Positions 42,421 to 58,538 of a stretch of DNA of 64,000 nt are shown one piece after another. The notes beneath the pieces are model-generated. The model made no database searches. It saw only the letters and a list, made by a program, of their open reading frames with translations, and was not told where the DNA came from. Where the stretch lies: the NCBI GenBank assembly GCA_964016885.1, contig OZ024749.1:48298001-48362000 (forward strand), read 5' to 3'. The stretch comes from Eledone cirrhosa. Lineage: Eukaryota. Every line of letters starts with the position of its first letter. Positions within the stretch are counted from its first letter, which is position 1. Position numbers and translations under genes: made by a program.

Positions 42421-43695
42421 TTTTGGGACAGTGTCTCAAACAATTCTGAAAAGAATCATTACTGTTGTGTTTCTCGTCTGACGAATTCATTGAAATATTT
42501 CCTTATATTGCTTCTTCCCCCGACGCTCTGTTATACACAAACATATTATAATAGTTTCAGGCTTATTTGTTTGAGCCACAATCTGAGAATTATATTTGTC
42601 TATTTGTTTTTTTATTTCTCCACACATTAAGTATAGCTAAATTTACGTCACCTAATTTATTCCGGAGATTTAATTTTGCCAGGATATAAAGAGTGCAACT
42701 GGTATCAGTTAGGACGTGATAAATCTCCGAAACTGCATAGAAAATATTCAGATGAATTCAGAAACAAAAATGACTGTTATCAAACACTGAAGATATATCC
42801 GATATACTCTTTGTCATGTTAAACTAGTTGCAACTCTCTTCGTCTTATTGGCATCAGTTTAGGAAAATTAAAATGAATATTAATGCAGAATTGTCATTGC
42901 AGTAGTTAATATATTTGCGATGGTAGTTTAAAGATTATAGTCACGTTTCAACAGCAACAGCAATTGCAATGATAATATTTTTTCCCCACTGAACTCAAGA
43001 ATATATGACATAAATTAATGGGTTGAACGTAAATAATAATACATTTTCTAAAAGTCATCTACATAATAGTTATATCAATTTATAATCCTGTCTATCTTGA
43101 AGGATTCCATATACCCGGATGAAAAGGATTTGTCTCTTCTTTTCAAAGATTATGTTATCATTGCATGAATAAATCGTTTAATGAATTCATAACATAATAG
43201 ATTATCTTCATTTGCTTTTATAATTCATTTAGAAAGCCCTTGTGGTACGTGTCCTCAGCTGAATATTAGCAACGCGAAAACATTTTATGTTGTATATTAA
43301 TTCAATACGACCTAATGGTACTTGTACAGTAAATGATAACGGGATATATTGGAGAGTAGATTGTTTGGAACAGTATAAAATGAAAAATAGAATATATTGA
43401 ATACTAAATATTGAAGAGTTTAATCATTGTTTCTTAAATCTAACGCCCGTATCAATGTATTTTACGTTATATTTAGTCTGTGACATATTTAGTTGCACAA
43501 GTCATACATATCATGTAACTTGAATATGAGTAAAATAAAGAATATTCTCTACAGAGATTCAAGTAATGAAGGAATTATATTCATCATAGATCGTTAGAAG
43601 CAATGAGCGTTTTATGTAAGGGCACTCTTAATTGGTATTTAATATATGTTGAGATATTAAGCAAACCCGCACAAACCCAACACATACACACATGT

Positions 43696-44013
43696 ATTAT
43701 GGTATGCATTCATCAGACAAAATACAATATATACTAGTTTTATCCCTGATGTCTTCCAAAAGTAACGGTTGCATTTTGAAAGGGTGTGTCAATATTTATT
43801 TATAAAACTGGTATATATTGTATTTTGTCTTATGAAAGCATACCATAATTTAATATGGTATCCTTGAAATATATATAATAACATAGATATGGTTTTATAA
43901 ATATAGTTTCCATTTGTTAATATCGTATATTTACTCCAAATACTTGTCGAGTGCTTTATATCAGTAATAAAAAATATTTGGTTGTTGTATCCCAACAATT
44001 TAAATAGAACTTT

Positions 44014-44017
<4 letters not shown>
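43696..44017 (+). mobile_element. Fold-back element, family A (HHR core mutated in the long arm)
   Basis: Short inverted arm 43696-43743 (CTGATGA intact but 3' half missing). Long arm has CTTATGA (43829)..GAAA (43866)-TATATA-TA and ends TTTTGCA-(TA)n; it is the reverse-complement homologue of 2382-2645. Confidence 0.88.
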
Positions 44018-44063
<46 letters not shown>

Positions 44064-45437
44064 CTATGTGTCTATACATGTCCAGTAGTCGAAGAGTAGA
44101 CTGACCATTCCATATGTTCATGCTACTTTCATTGAAATATTTAAATACGTGCTGCCTGCTCTGTTTAACCATGATAATATTAACATTATTTTCTGATAAC
44201 GTACAGAAACCAGAGAGTTAGAACATGATTTGGTGATATACTCGTTCTTACAGTGTTTAGAAAATAAAGTACCACTCATGAACTGGACGCGATTTAATCT
44301 ACTTGTCTCTCCCCACAAGGTAAAACAATTGTTATTATTATCATATATGTATGTTCATACAAGGAGCAAAAGCGCTACCTAAGGTTTCAAGGCTTATTTT
44401 GACTACACCTCCAGAAAACAAGAGGCATCAAAATTGTGACCTATCTTCACGAGATTAAATGAGTTTTCATTAAATGACCTATAATTGAATTAGTTTATGT
44501 ATTTACATATTTCCTACTTTACTACGTTGTCTGAATGAATGTTATTAGTTTAAATTTATAAGTGTTAATGCTCCTTTCCAATTCTAACTTAACCAATGAA
44601 TGATTCTTCAGTGATAGAATCAAACTATCTTGGGCCCACTGTATTACCAAATTCCATATTCTACTTTTCATACATTTAATCACCAACAATCTGAAAACTT
44701 CTAATAGATCTAAAAACATAATTTCTGTATTAAATAGGTTTCCTTTTTCTTTATTCTACCAAACATAATTAAATCCATACGCACATACATATATACACAT
44801 TCATATACGCAAACAGACACTCACACTTTATATTCAGATACAAGGATAAACCCAGACACTTACGCTTAGATACATAAATGTATAGTAAGAATTTTGGTTT
44901 CGTAACTTTACTTAACTCTCTTTGTGTTGCTTTTGTTTTCTTACTTCACTTATATTCATTGCGTGTATTCATAGAAATAAAGCATTTGAAACAAATATTC
45001 AATAATCTAAAAAGTTATTATTTTGTTGAAGTTTGAAGACTGCTGTATGAAGAGACAAGATTAAACTGAATAAATGAGATAAAGCAAACATTAAATGGCA
45101 CAATAATTGAATGAGTTTATGCATTTATGCAAATAACATTTTGTTAGCTTCCAGTTTGTTTTTATTTAATGCGATTATTATATTAGATGCTTTTGTGTAT
45201 ATACAAATCACTTGAAGGATTTACCTTCAGCTACAATACATTGAAAGATTAGCTAGCAATGTTCTAATTATTGAATTTAAAGATCACCCTAATATATAAT
45301 TTAATATGTGAGTAACCAGATAATAAACAACAATGTGTAGTGCCAAGATTTATATAACTTGTTGAGAGCACTACACGCAGCAAATATATGAGTAGCAATT
45401 TTAATACAGAAGCGGTAATATTATTTAATATACAGCA

Positions 45438-45634
45438 GGGTGGTGGATTGGCAGTGTTGATAAGCCAACGACATATAATTGTGGCCCTTTAAGTTCTGAG
45501 TTCAAATCCGACGGAAGTTAGCTTCGCCTTTCATCATTAGGGGTCGATAAAATAAAGAACCAGTAACACACTCGCGTTGATTTACTATAAAACAACAAAA
45601 TCTGTTGGCGTTGGGGGCCTAAACCAGACACCAT
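45438..45634 (+). mobile_element. Older, diverged SINE copy
   Basis: GGGTGGTGGATTGGCAG head, B-box, central block and decayed tail; ATTTAATATA on both sides may be a target-site duplication. Confidence 0.82.
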
Positions 45635-46846
45635 TTAATATATACTGAGCTGCAGTATTATAAATACATTTTTGGTTGCCGAGTATGCAATATATGTTCT
45701 ATTTAGAGTTCTATTTCAGTAATGGCTATTTTTTTGTTAATGCCTTTGTGTTAAGTATAACATAACATTCTCATTTGCATTTTAGAAATTAAATCCGAAC
45801 TATATAATGAATCTTTTATTTTTATTGCCTTTTTCGATTTCTGGTATATCTGTATATTATCATAACAAACGGGAAATTGATTTTAGAATAGGTCTTGAAT
45901 TAGCAAATATTAAAACTCATTGCAATAATATATACTTATATATCATAAACACATAACATATAGTTTTTAAACGCACGCACACAGCCGTGCTACGGGATTT
46001 GAAATTAGAGAGTGTGGGAGAGGATTATACGCACACACAAACTCACATACATGCACACACATATATATATATATATATATGGGTGTGTGTTCATGAGTGT
46101 ATATGTAAAAGTCCGTTATATCATTATGTATGTATATAAGTTTGCAACAATTTCAATATCTTGTGTTTGTAATCTACTAGATGGACATTTTAGGAACCCC
46201 TTCTATCAAGCTAGACTGCACACCAGCTGTTAGATACTCATTGCATTTAAACGTTTAAAGTAGAAATATATTTTAAATGTTATGTAATTAATATTTCACA
46301 CTAAAGCAAACGCAACTCTTCAATGTTTGAAACAATATTACTATTATTTTCACATCTTTCCCCATTATGTATGCCTATATCACTGCCGAGAAACATTGAT
46401 ACGATGGAGGTTTGTTCAGGTTCCATTTTCCGAACAATATTGCATGATGCATCTAATATATTCACATTCTTACTTGGATTTTGCCTCATATCACATTCCA
46501 AATGTTTCCAAATCAGGTCTGTTTCTCCCTATAATATACAAATCATTGATCCTCTATTTTTCCACAGTCCAAAACCAATAGAATAGGACGCTGTTAATCT
46601 ACCTACGAACACACGAAATCCTACCTATAATTTAAAATCCCCTTTATTATTGTTTATCGAAAAGTGTTTGCTATGCGTCTCGCAGAATGTATTTATTTTT
46701 ATCTCCCACCAGAATTGCATGATATAATGTATAATGATTTCAGGATATCCTAGCTTAAATTCACTTGAATCTATAATACTTTCATTAAGCCTTACTAAGT
46801 GGAAGGTTTTTGCGATTTACCTCTTTCAATTTCCCAAAATATATGG

Positions 46847-46913
<67 letters not shown>

Positions 46914-46915
46914 CA

Positions 46916-46982
<67 letters not shown>

Positions 46983-47108
46983 GTGTGTGTGTGTGTGTGG
47001 GTGTGTGGGTGTGCGTGCGTAAGCGTGTATATATATATGTATGTGTATGCATGTGTCCATGTGTGTGTAGCGGAAAAGAGTGCTTATCCAATATATATAT
47101 ATATATAA

Positions 47109-47756
<648 letters not shown>

Positions 47757-48083
47757 GTGCGTATGTGTGAGTGTGTATGGTAAAATGAATAGTTAACGCG
47801 TGTGTAAATATACACATAATAAATGATAACAATTCGCTTTCTCTATTACTCGACACGAAAACCATTGTAGGTAATTTACAAATGGTTGTTTGATATTTGT
47901 TACTAATATTTCATAAGTAAAAAAGGGAAGTAATTTTGTCGTCAATACGATGCAAACATCGGAAAATCTTATCGATTTCAACCAGTACATTGTGCACAAT
48001 GAATCATTTATTGATATATTTTCTCTCATTTGTCTCACATTCATAAACAGTAAGGAACTGTGTTATTTACCACTCTTTATGTC

Positions 48084-48133
48084 TGTAACTATTTGCACAG
48101 GAAATTATGAATGTAACTATTTGCACAGGAAAT
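48084..48133. repeat. Direct duplication of 22 bp (period 28)
   Basis: TGTAACTATTTGCACAGGAAAT occurs twice. Confidence 0.9.
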
Positions 48134-49632
48134 AGACAGTAAGAAAAAATGTTAATATTTTGTGATAAAATGATTAAATATGGTATATGTGTACGTTCAA
48201 AATATTGTGAAATTGTTTACCATTGTGAAGTGCATAAAACTTGAAAATATATAGAAGATATTGTAGTTGACGTAATCATAATGTATATGGTTGCTTGTCT
48301 GGATGACTACTTCATTCATATGTATTAGCTTAACATGTCTCCATTAATTGTATATATTAATCTCAAGGAAATAATAGCGGTGCCTTGGTATATTAATTAC
48401 ATATTACATGATAAATAAGTATGCATTTAATGAGATATATGAACTGCCGTAACTATTTCTATCTCACAAATAGTTGCTGAATGTAGATTTGAATACCATC
48501 CGATCAAAATATCATTCTCGACAAATTTCTAATCACGAGACTTCAAGGAGTGTTAATAAATGTATTACTTGATAGAAACAGCAGTCAATGTTCCCCTCTA
48601 TAGAAGCACACACGAAAGACGGATGGATACATCAGGTATTATATATACATAGGATTGATACAATCTGAATGCTTTTTTAGGTGGGGATTTGTGTTATATT
48701 GAATTCTTGAAGTTTGATATGTGGCTAAAATGGAATAGTAACAACAGGAGAATTATGTAAATGTTGTAATTTTATAATATTCAGCCTCATGTACGTTAAT
48801 ATTAAGAACAGGCTATTCCTTAGATCAAACAATAAGTACACACGTCTTCTGAGTCACCGAACTAACAACAACATTCTCGTAAGTATGACCGTAATCACAA
48901 TATAAACTTCGACTAAATGTACGCTCAGCAGTCGAGTATTTCAGATTTTTGAACATAGCATCATTCCGGAGAAGAAGTATGTATCACCGGTTCTTTGTAT
49001 ATTTTTTCTTTATGTTTACCAACATAAGATCAATACAGCCATCTGCAACTGTATACATAAATCTAATGATTTCGTCTCATTATACCAGTCACTATATTTA
49101 CATACTGCAGTGAATAGATAGTCGATTAGCTTAACTCTAATGCGTTAGGCGAACTAACTTAAACGAATGTGACTACATTAAGTATAGAAAAATAACTAGA
49201 GAATAACATTCATTTACTTTAACGTTTTACAATATATCACTATTCTCTTTACGTATATTGAGAATGAAATGCAAAATTGTTTTTATAAATGTTTGTTTAA
49301 GAGTTAGCAATAGAGACATGATAATATAGTCGGGATAATTGTCTAAAGAAAAGTGACTTAAAATTATTCGCTTGCCAAAGACTGTCTGTCACAATATTCT
49401 TATATAAATACCATATGACAATATTATGACAGAAATAAAAATCTCAGCCATTTATTTATATTATCTGATATTCTTACGAAAGTCAATGTCATTCATCATA
49501 ACAAGGAAGACAGTGAATAAAGATAAAATTGAATAAGCAGAATACGCAAACATACACACACGTATATAAAGACAGAAAAGCACACATACACACATACAAT
49601 CGCGCGCATATTCACACACATATCGATACACA

Positions 49633-49854
<222 letters not shown>

Positions 49855-49894
49855 CATCGACATTAATATAATAATCTGTCATTATATGTGACAT

Positions 49895-49927
<33 letters not shown>

Positions 49928-51008
49928 CGCGGCACCGTCACCGCCACAACCACCACCACCTCCACCACTACTACTACTAATACTACTACTACTACTGCTA
50001 CTACTACTACTGCTGCTGTTGCTGCTATTACTACTACTACTACTATTACAATTATTATTGTTATTATTATTATTATATTTATTATCATTACAAGTATCAT
50101 TTATATGTATGTGTTTTCTTTTTTCGTGTTGAATGCGACTCAATATCTTTATTTGTGTTTCTTCTTATTTTGTTATTTTTAGTTTGACAAAAAATATATA
50201 GAAAGAAGAGTTATATATAATTTATTTTATATTACCCTGGCATTTCTCTCGTATATTTTTGAAATTTTTCTTCGTCGTTTCTTAGTAGATGACTGATATA
50301 ATAGGATTATCTTCTTGAGTGAATGACAAAATGAGTAGAATTATTTTGTTAAATTAACTGACTGATTGTTCGAAGCTTCTTTATAACATTCAGGTAAAAT
50401 GCACCAATTTATTACTAAAATAAACACGCTCTGACTTATTGATTTCGAAATGTCTGTTAGCGGAACAGAACATTCTTGAATAAAATAACAAAGAAAAATA
50501 AATGGAAAATAACACATATATAAATGTATGCTTTTTGTTGTTGACTTTTGTCTATTTTACTATAGGTTGTGTTGGGAATTCACATATACAATCTGTCTGC
50601 TGGTTTTCTCTTTCTAAACAGAAAGCAACAGTAAAAAATACACTCACACCTCACCATCCCTCTACCTTCTTCGCATAGAATAGTTAAATGCATGAGTGAG
50701 GCAGTACTGGCAGCAGCAGAGGAAATTATTGTGTTCACATTGTAGGCTATTAGTTAGCCTCTTTGGAAAACTTTCTCCAAGCATCAGTAGTATTTATTTA
50801 AATCGATCGTTGGAAAATTTAGTTCAACTGCAGAAAGAAAGAGAAACATCTTAATTCTACCATTCCCAATCGTTTTCCACAATGCAAATAATATAAAGAC
50901 GTAGTCGAAAAGAACAAATTTGTAAGATAAAGCAGAAACAGTTATATCATTTAGCGTACTTGTACATAAAGATCATTCATCAAAACACATATATCTGCTC
51001 ACATTTAT

Positions 51009-51159
<151 letters not shown>

Positions 51160-51168
51160 GTATATATG

Positions 51169-51210
<42 letters not shown>

Positions 51211-51257
51211 TTATATATATATATACATATATGTGTGTGTGGGTGTGTGTGTGAGTG

Positions 51258-51321
<64 letters not shown>

Positions 51322-51796
51322 CATACTTACACACACACACATATATGTGTCTGTGAGTACATACGATTTAACCAATTTGCCCGAGATAAATTTAATACAA
51401 TTTTTGTATAGAAATTCAAAAAGGAAAATATATAAAATAGTACTGAAATTAAAGAGCTCATTACGAAGACGCAGATACTATGTTTAGTCTGCGGTCGAAC
51501 AAATGAAGCAACCAAATACCTAATTTGAGCCTGGAGACACGCCCTCTCAGTCCACATGATTTTTTTGTAGCAGATAGGGGCTTAGCTTGTTATTGTTCTG
51601 TTTAATTGTCTCTGTGGGTTTTTTGGGTTATTTATTTTCATTTTGTTTTATGTTGATAACGATTTCTTTAAAAATATAATACATTAGATACTTATTCTAG
51701 TCCCCCATTACTGTACTAAAATTTATTCAACTAATATCTTGGAGCGACGTAAATTCAATCATCATAGTTTACCAGGGAATAACTTAGCATATATTG

Positions 51797-51982
51797 ATAA
51801 TTGTTTCTACTTTTGGCTCAAGGCCAGCAATTATCAGTACATTACTGGTATTTTATTTTATCGACCCCGTAAGGATGAAAGGCAAAGTTAGCCTCGGCGC
51901 GATTTGAACTCAGAATGGCAAGGGGCGTAACTATATGCGTCAAAGCCTAGTGTCCGACCCTCTACCGATACTGCCAATCCAT
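51797..51982 (-). mobile_element. Near full-length SINE
   Basis: Head, B-box, central block and tail present in reverse complement. Confidence 0.9.
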
Positions 51983-52000
51983 TTAAATATATGATATTAC

Positions 52001-52089
52001 TTGCTTCTACTTTTGGCACAAGACCAGCAATTTGCCAGTACATTACTGGTACTATATTTTATCGACCCCGTAAGGATGAAAAGCAAAGT
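52001..52089 (-). mobile_element. 5'-truncated SINE in tandem with the previous copy
   Basis: Tail and central block only. Confidence 0.85.
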
Positions 52090-55000
52090 GAAATATATGA
52101 TAATAATAATCGTTATTTTCAATTGAATGATGGTAGATATATGATAGATGAAGGTGGATTTCATCGTGTTGTAACTGAATAACATCTGTGAAACTTGGCT
52201 CCGTGTACTGCAGCATAAAAAAACAAACTATTACAACACAAGTGTATATACATTGATGATATTTTAGTTCACATCCTTCGGTCAGAGCTTCATTCGAACA
52301 GAAAAATGAAATACTGCATATAGTCAGATGTACGTCGACAAGCTAATTGCGTTTTAAACCATTATACATCTTCATTTTGGATTAACTATTTCATCCAGAC
52401 GTTTGTGATTAACTTGGATGCTTGAAGATATCCTGCCACAGGCATATATCCAGATTTATCTGGTACAACACCATATACTCCAAGTTTCAGATATCCTGCA
52501 GATATATATATATGTGTGTATATAATTGATAATGTAAACACTATTATAATATATTTTTTCTTGTTTTCGCAGTTTTGAATGTGATAGCGAAATAAATGCT
52601 TCACACGAAACTTCATTCTTTAGCACTACTCAATTAACACAATTCATCTATGTAGTGGGGCACACATATGACACCCCACTAATCTTAAAATGATTTTGTG
52701 GTTCTTGCTTAACCTAAGAATTAAAATAAACCTGCTAAATGGGGAAATGTAGAGAAACTTCACAGGATCTTCGACAAGATTAGAACACTGCATGATTCAA
52801 GGAGATAAACCTTTTCCATAATAGACCACTATTTGTTGTTCCAGGTGTAATTGGAAGAGTTTATAATAATAAAGAAGCGCAAAGATAAAGGTATACGCCT
52901 AGAAATTAAACGGAATATAGTGTGTATAGTGTTCCTTGTAGCTAGAACTTGCATCATTACAATTGTTTCTAATACACGCATTCTTTGGCCATTCTCCAGA
53001 TAATTATTGAGTGGCTGAATAGCTGGATGGCTTTGGTGTTTTGAAAAGCTAAGGATTCCCCAGAAAGCATCAGTGCTACTGATATTCTCGTTTGATATCG
53101 GAATATAATTTTATTAAAATTTCCTTGCTGCAAATCAAACATATACACTTGAAATCATAAGAATACTTGTGTGAAAGCATACTTCAAGTATCTCACATGA
53201 TTGTATAAGTTTACAATACCATGAGCATGAAATACGTTTGAAATAAAGAGAATTGTGGAGTATTCTCCTGTTGTCTGTATTATTATTGCTTTGAGTCCTA
53301 ATTTCACGAATATATATATATAGAGAGAGGGTGGGAGACTTTAGATATCTTTATACCCATTCTAATTCTGTCTATGTATCGAGTACACACATAATCAGTC
53401 TTAGCCCCTTAGACTCTCCATCTCTCTCTCCCTCTCCCTATTTCTATATTAAATGCGCGTACCTATGTGTATGCAAACGAGTAAATGGAAAACAAAAATA
53501 AACAACTCAGTACAATGAACAAATATATGAGTGTAACGCTTGAAATAGGAAGATATTGGTTCATCAGAAGATAGAATAAGAAATAATACATAATATAGAA
53601 GTAAGTATAAAGAGTAAGAGGAGGAAGAGACGGTAAACAGTTGAGGGGGAAAAGCACATATGCAGTCAGTCAAACAAACAAAGACGTACACACTCATAAC
53701 CAGATATACGCACAGATGCACACACATACATGATTCATGTGCATGTGTGTATGTACATGTTCTGGGGCGCGATATATAAATATAAGTACATTATACCTCC
53801 AACCTAACAGTAGATGAAAGAGTACATTTGACACTGGCGCTAATACTATCAATTCTTGGTTTCTTCTACGAATTTGTTGCAGACAATACAATATTACTAA
53901 TAATTTAGTCCCTGACTTTTCATGGTTATACAATTTCATTTAGAAATGCTATTGATGAAAAGCGTCTATGCTTTTCACCCTATGTCATTTTATTCATTAT
54001 TAGAATATTAGATACATGACAAATGTAATTTATTGTAAGCTATTTCCTTGCTATTGAATATAATTCAAGCCCTGATAAAGCAAGAGGTATAGGCTTTTGC
54101 TACGTTCAACATATATATTTCACTGTTCTTGCTCTGTGAATTATATATATTTCCGGAGTATTCTATGTCAGGATCGTTAAAACCATGTGCCTAGAATTTA
54201 CCTCGTCGTAGGCAGGTAAGATAGAAGAAACGCATGTGAATGCGATCATTCAGAGAATTCATTTCAGTAATAGAACCTTTACAATAGTATTATGACGTTG
54301 CGTTTATGGCTCTTTTGATTTATGATATCGATTATAGATTTCTTTTAATCTTATACCAATTCTTCAGATGTGTGTTATTCAATAATGCCCTTAGTATTAT
54401 GTCAATTCTACTATTCAATGCATTGTACAAGAAAATACTAAAAGGCGCTTTTCAGTGAACGTTTGAGTGACTGCTTGGCTAACGTAAGCAGAGAAGGAAA
54501 AAAAACTTGGTATATAATAATAATGTCTAACGCTCTTGGCAGCTGACACCGTGTTTTGAGTTGCAGTGCCAGTGTCATGCAGTCTTTTTTCTATACATCA
54601 GATAATTTCTATTGAAGAACTTGTGAAGTCAGAAAAGTCATTTCGAAACTCCATTCTTTTAGGTATCAGAAAATTTGCTATACTCTAGTGAATACTGGTT
54701 ATTTGTTTAACGTACCATTTTAAGTGAAATGATATTTGTCTTTATTCTTTCTGTTCCTACCAGTCAAACTATTTGACACATAGTAAAGTAATGTTCCATC
54801 TTTTTGTTGTAGACGGAGACAGAAATATAAAGCATATTCAAGAATATTACAGGATAGTGGAAAATGATTAATGACATAGTAAGTTTGCATACATAGCAGA
54901 AACGGCGAGTACCAGTGAATCTGAATCACGGCCGTGAATGTGCGTGAATGTGTGCATTAATTCAGATTAATTGATATATTTTGTTTTACAGTCATTTAAA

Positions 55001-55420
55001 AGATGAGTTATGTTTATTTTCGTTACCTCCAACCATATTGTAGATATGGTGTCCTTATTCGCAGGGGTCACCAACCTGCTTCTTTTCTCAAACCCACGAA
55101 TATTAGGCGTTTTAGAGGAGGCCTTTACTTGCCTCGCCATTGACACATAACTATGTTATGAGAGTTTTCTTGAGAAACTTAGTTGTCAATCATTGCTCCA
55201 ATCCCCCCCCCCCCCCAATGGTTTACCATGGTTGCTCCCGGTGGCTTACTCGTCCGGCAGGCGCTTACTTATGTTAGAAATAACCATCATATCTGGTAGA
55301 CATATAACTATCCGCCACCTGCGACATATTCTCTAGCAGAACAGCTCTTTCATTTCCTCACGCTGGTTAATAAAAACGCGTAGAGAGGTCAGTTCCCAAA
55401 ATATATCACAAAATATATCA

Positions 55421-55451
55421 CATGCGAAGCGTGGATTCCACGCTTCGCATG
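55421..55451. repeat. Perfect 15-bp-arm palindrome next to a 12-bp tandem duplication
   Basis: CATGCGAAGCGTGGA-T-TCCACGCTTCGCATG, preceded by (CAAAATATATCA)x2. Confidence 0.92.
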
Positions 55452-57426
55452 ACAGTTTGCAGACGCACAAAGATTGCATAACCCATTCGGGTTCAGAAGG
55501 AAAAAAACTGCAATCTATGGAAACATATAATATTTGAAACTATTTATAGCTAGATCTACATGCACGTCTATACGCATCGGGATTTCACATACACTCATAT
55601 AATTCTAATACATCAATTCCAACATTATTTAATGCAGATCAAATGCAGAGGCATGTTTATGAGAGCAGTTGTTAGACAATTACAAGTCACGAGGAAGAAT
55701 TATTATTGCATTACCCACTAAATCTCCTAATATCATCTGAAGGCTAATAGCTACAGTTAATGCGACATGGCATATAATAATATTTCCTCTGCAAGATATT
55801 AGCCCCTATTATATATTCCAAGAATATCATATTAATGTTATCTTATTTAAGTGGCGTTCTTCCTCATTCTTTGTGTGGGCTAATTATTAGATTTGTGAAG
55901 GGATAAATTGGATGCTACATCAGTTATGTTGCGGAGAATGTAGCACATTTTATAGATAAGTAAATATATCAAATGATGTTGAAGGAAAGTATACATATGC
56001 GAATACAAATTCGAGATAAACAGAATACTATATATTCATAACTGCTTAGAAATTACTCTCAGCACAAAAGAATTCTAAACAAGCATGGAAACATCGATCA
56101 TGTTGAAGGAAATTATAAAGAATATGAATTTTATAACAATGATATTTTTTTTTGTATAGAAGATGGGAATAGAAAGAAACAATATTGAAAATTATTAAAT
56201 TCTAATATAAACCCAATCAATCGTAATATCAAACTTCCATAAAAGGATATAAAAACTTGCTTTGTAATCAAATGTGTTTTATGTATCGGCTGTTGTTTCA
56301 AACAAGCAATTTATAGCATATGCTTTTGAAACTGTAACTATGATAGAAAGCATGTTAGAGACAAGATCGAAAATGTTAATAATATTGATGGATTCTGAGT
56401 TGGGCCAACAATTTTGAGGAAGGTGAAAGGCTATTAGATCGACTGCAGACATACAATTGGTATTCGATTTCTTAATCGAGCCTCAGCTAAGCCGGCCCAA
56501 ATATATGAACCGTTCCTTAATTATGCTACATTTTCTCATCATATTGACGTCAAATTGTGTCCCAGAAAACGAAGATAAATAAGAGATTCGTAACTCGAGA
56601 GCATCTTCTATGAGTTGTGATCGAGTGTGTGTTTGTATACGGTCATTTAAGATAATGTTATTACTACTTTTGTCAGTATACCATTTTCTTCATGTGTGAA
56701 CATGCGTTAAAGGAGCATTTTGTTGCAGTTGGTGAATTATTCATTTATTTCAGCTTTCTTCTCTGGGCGTATGTAATTATATACTGATTTTACTGAGAAG
56801 GAAATTAAAACTATGACGAACTTGAACGATCAACAGGTTATGAACACGTCACAAATGCTAAATTGCGTGTGCTACTGTGCTAGGAGGCCAAGACCTTGCC
56901 ATGAAAATATAGAACACAGACCATATTATATACATATTTCGCGGAGACACGTTGACAATCGGCAGGGAATAATGACAAAATAAGCCGTGTATGCTAAATT
57001 ATAGGTGGTACTATCACAGAAACCAAAAATATCGCCTTGAAGAACATGAGAATATAACAAGAGTCATGATCTATTTATCAAAAGTTCAATAGAAGGAAAA
57101 GCAAAACGATGCATTTCTCACCCGTTGCCCTAAAGTCTTTACCAATTCGCTATCTTGCCACTTTAACAACATCATGATTAGCCCAAATTGGTGTCGCGGA
57201 TTTAGGTTTAAGAAAATTAAATTTTGAGGGTAACTACAGCAAGTAAGCCTGGAATTACAATTACCTCTCATATAAAACACTGCTCAGTTTGTCAATATAC
57301 ATATATTCATGAATGCAGAGTTACAGGAGTTCCAGTGATCATTACAATTAGTTTGCCCCTGTCAGTAATATGATTTAGAGTTTACTAAATACTCGGAAAC
57401 CCGAGTAATTCGAATCCATTATTTAA

Positions 57427-57560
57427 TTGCTTGTTTATTTCATCGACCACAGAGATAAGAAATGGAAAGTTGATCACAATGGGAATTTAGATGTAAAAAG
57501 CCGAAACAAAAAAAACACAAGAATATTATTCGAGTACTGTAGCGATTCTGGCAAAATTTC
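57427..57560 (-). mobile_element. Highly decayed SINE
   Basis: TTTATTTCATCGACCAC..GATAAGAAATGGAAAGTTGA..GGGAATTT resembles the SINE central block. Confidence 0.45.
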
Positions 57561-58122
57561 AATCGGTGAAACCTTATCGACCACATATGATTTTGATACC
57601 CATAATCAAAATTAAATGAGGAACAAAAAAATAGCAAGTTATACTTTGTATTGATAAAATTTATGTTAATAAAACGAAGCAATATATTATAAGGCTGAAT
57701 TAAAATTCAATACATGTAAATCGATATCAGATATATATGATATAATTATGTATAAAATCCGATTATTGACAAACATATACCATTTCTTTTAAGTAATTTC
57801 TGTCGTTCATGCAATGGTGATTTATTGCACAACTGCTTTGCAAGTTGTTAACAATTCTGGTTCCGTATATTTATTAAAAATTGTCAGCATGCATTAGTAT
57901 GGAGCACTATTTGCCAGCTCTCTTGATTATAATGAGTCAGTTTCGATACTAATGCTTCATACTAATGCGTGCTAATAGTGTTTGTGTTTAATAAATATAC
58001 GAAAGCAGAAGTATATATATATATTTCGTTTCTGAATTTGTTTAGTAAGATTATTTATCTGAAATCGTGTGTTGAAACCGATATTGTTATACTTTGGGAG
58101 GGTCATGTTGCCAATAAGAAAC

Positions 58123-58187
58123 ACACGCACCAGTTGCTTTCACTTCAATTTATTATAATAAATTGAAGTGAGAGCACTGGTGCGTGT
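58123..58187. repeat. Fold-back of a family E repeat next to (TA)n
   Basis: ACACGCACCAGTTGCTTTCACTTCAATTTATT-AT-AATAAATTGAAGTGAGAGCACTGGTGCGTGT. Confidence 0.88.
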
Positions 58188-58205
58188 ATATAACAATATA
58201 TATAT

Positions 58206-58478
<273 letters not shown>

Positions 58479-58479
58479 T

Positions 58480-58513
<34 letters not shown>

Positions 58514-58538
58514 GATATATACAATATATATATATATA

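Noticed and set aside
42257-42490. Poly-Lys and poly-Leu ORFs
   Set aside because: (CTT)n microsatellite.
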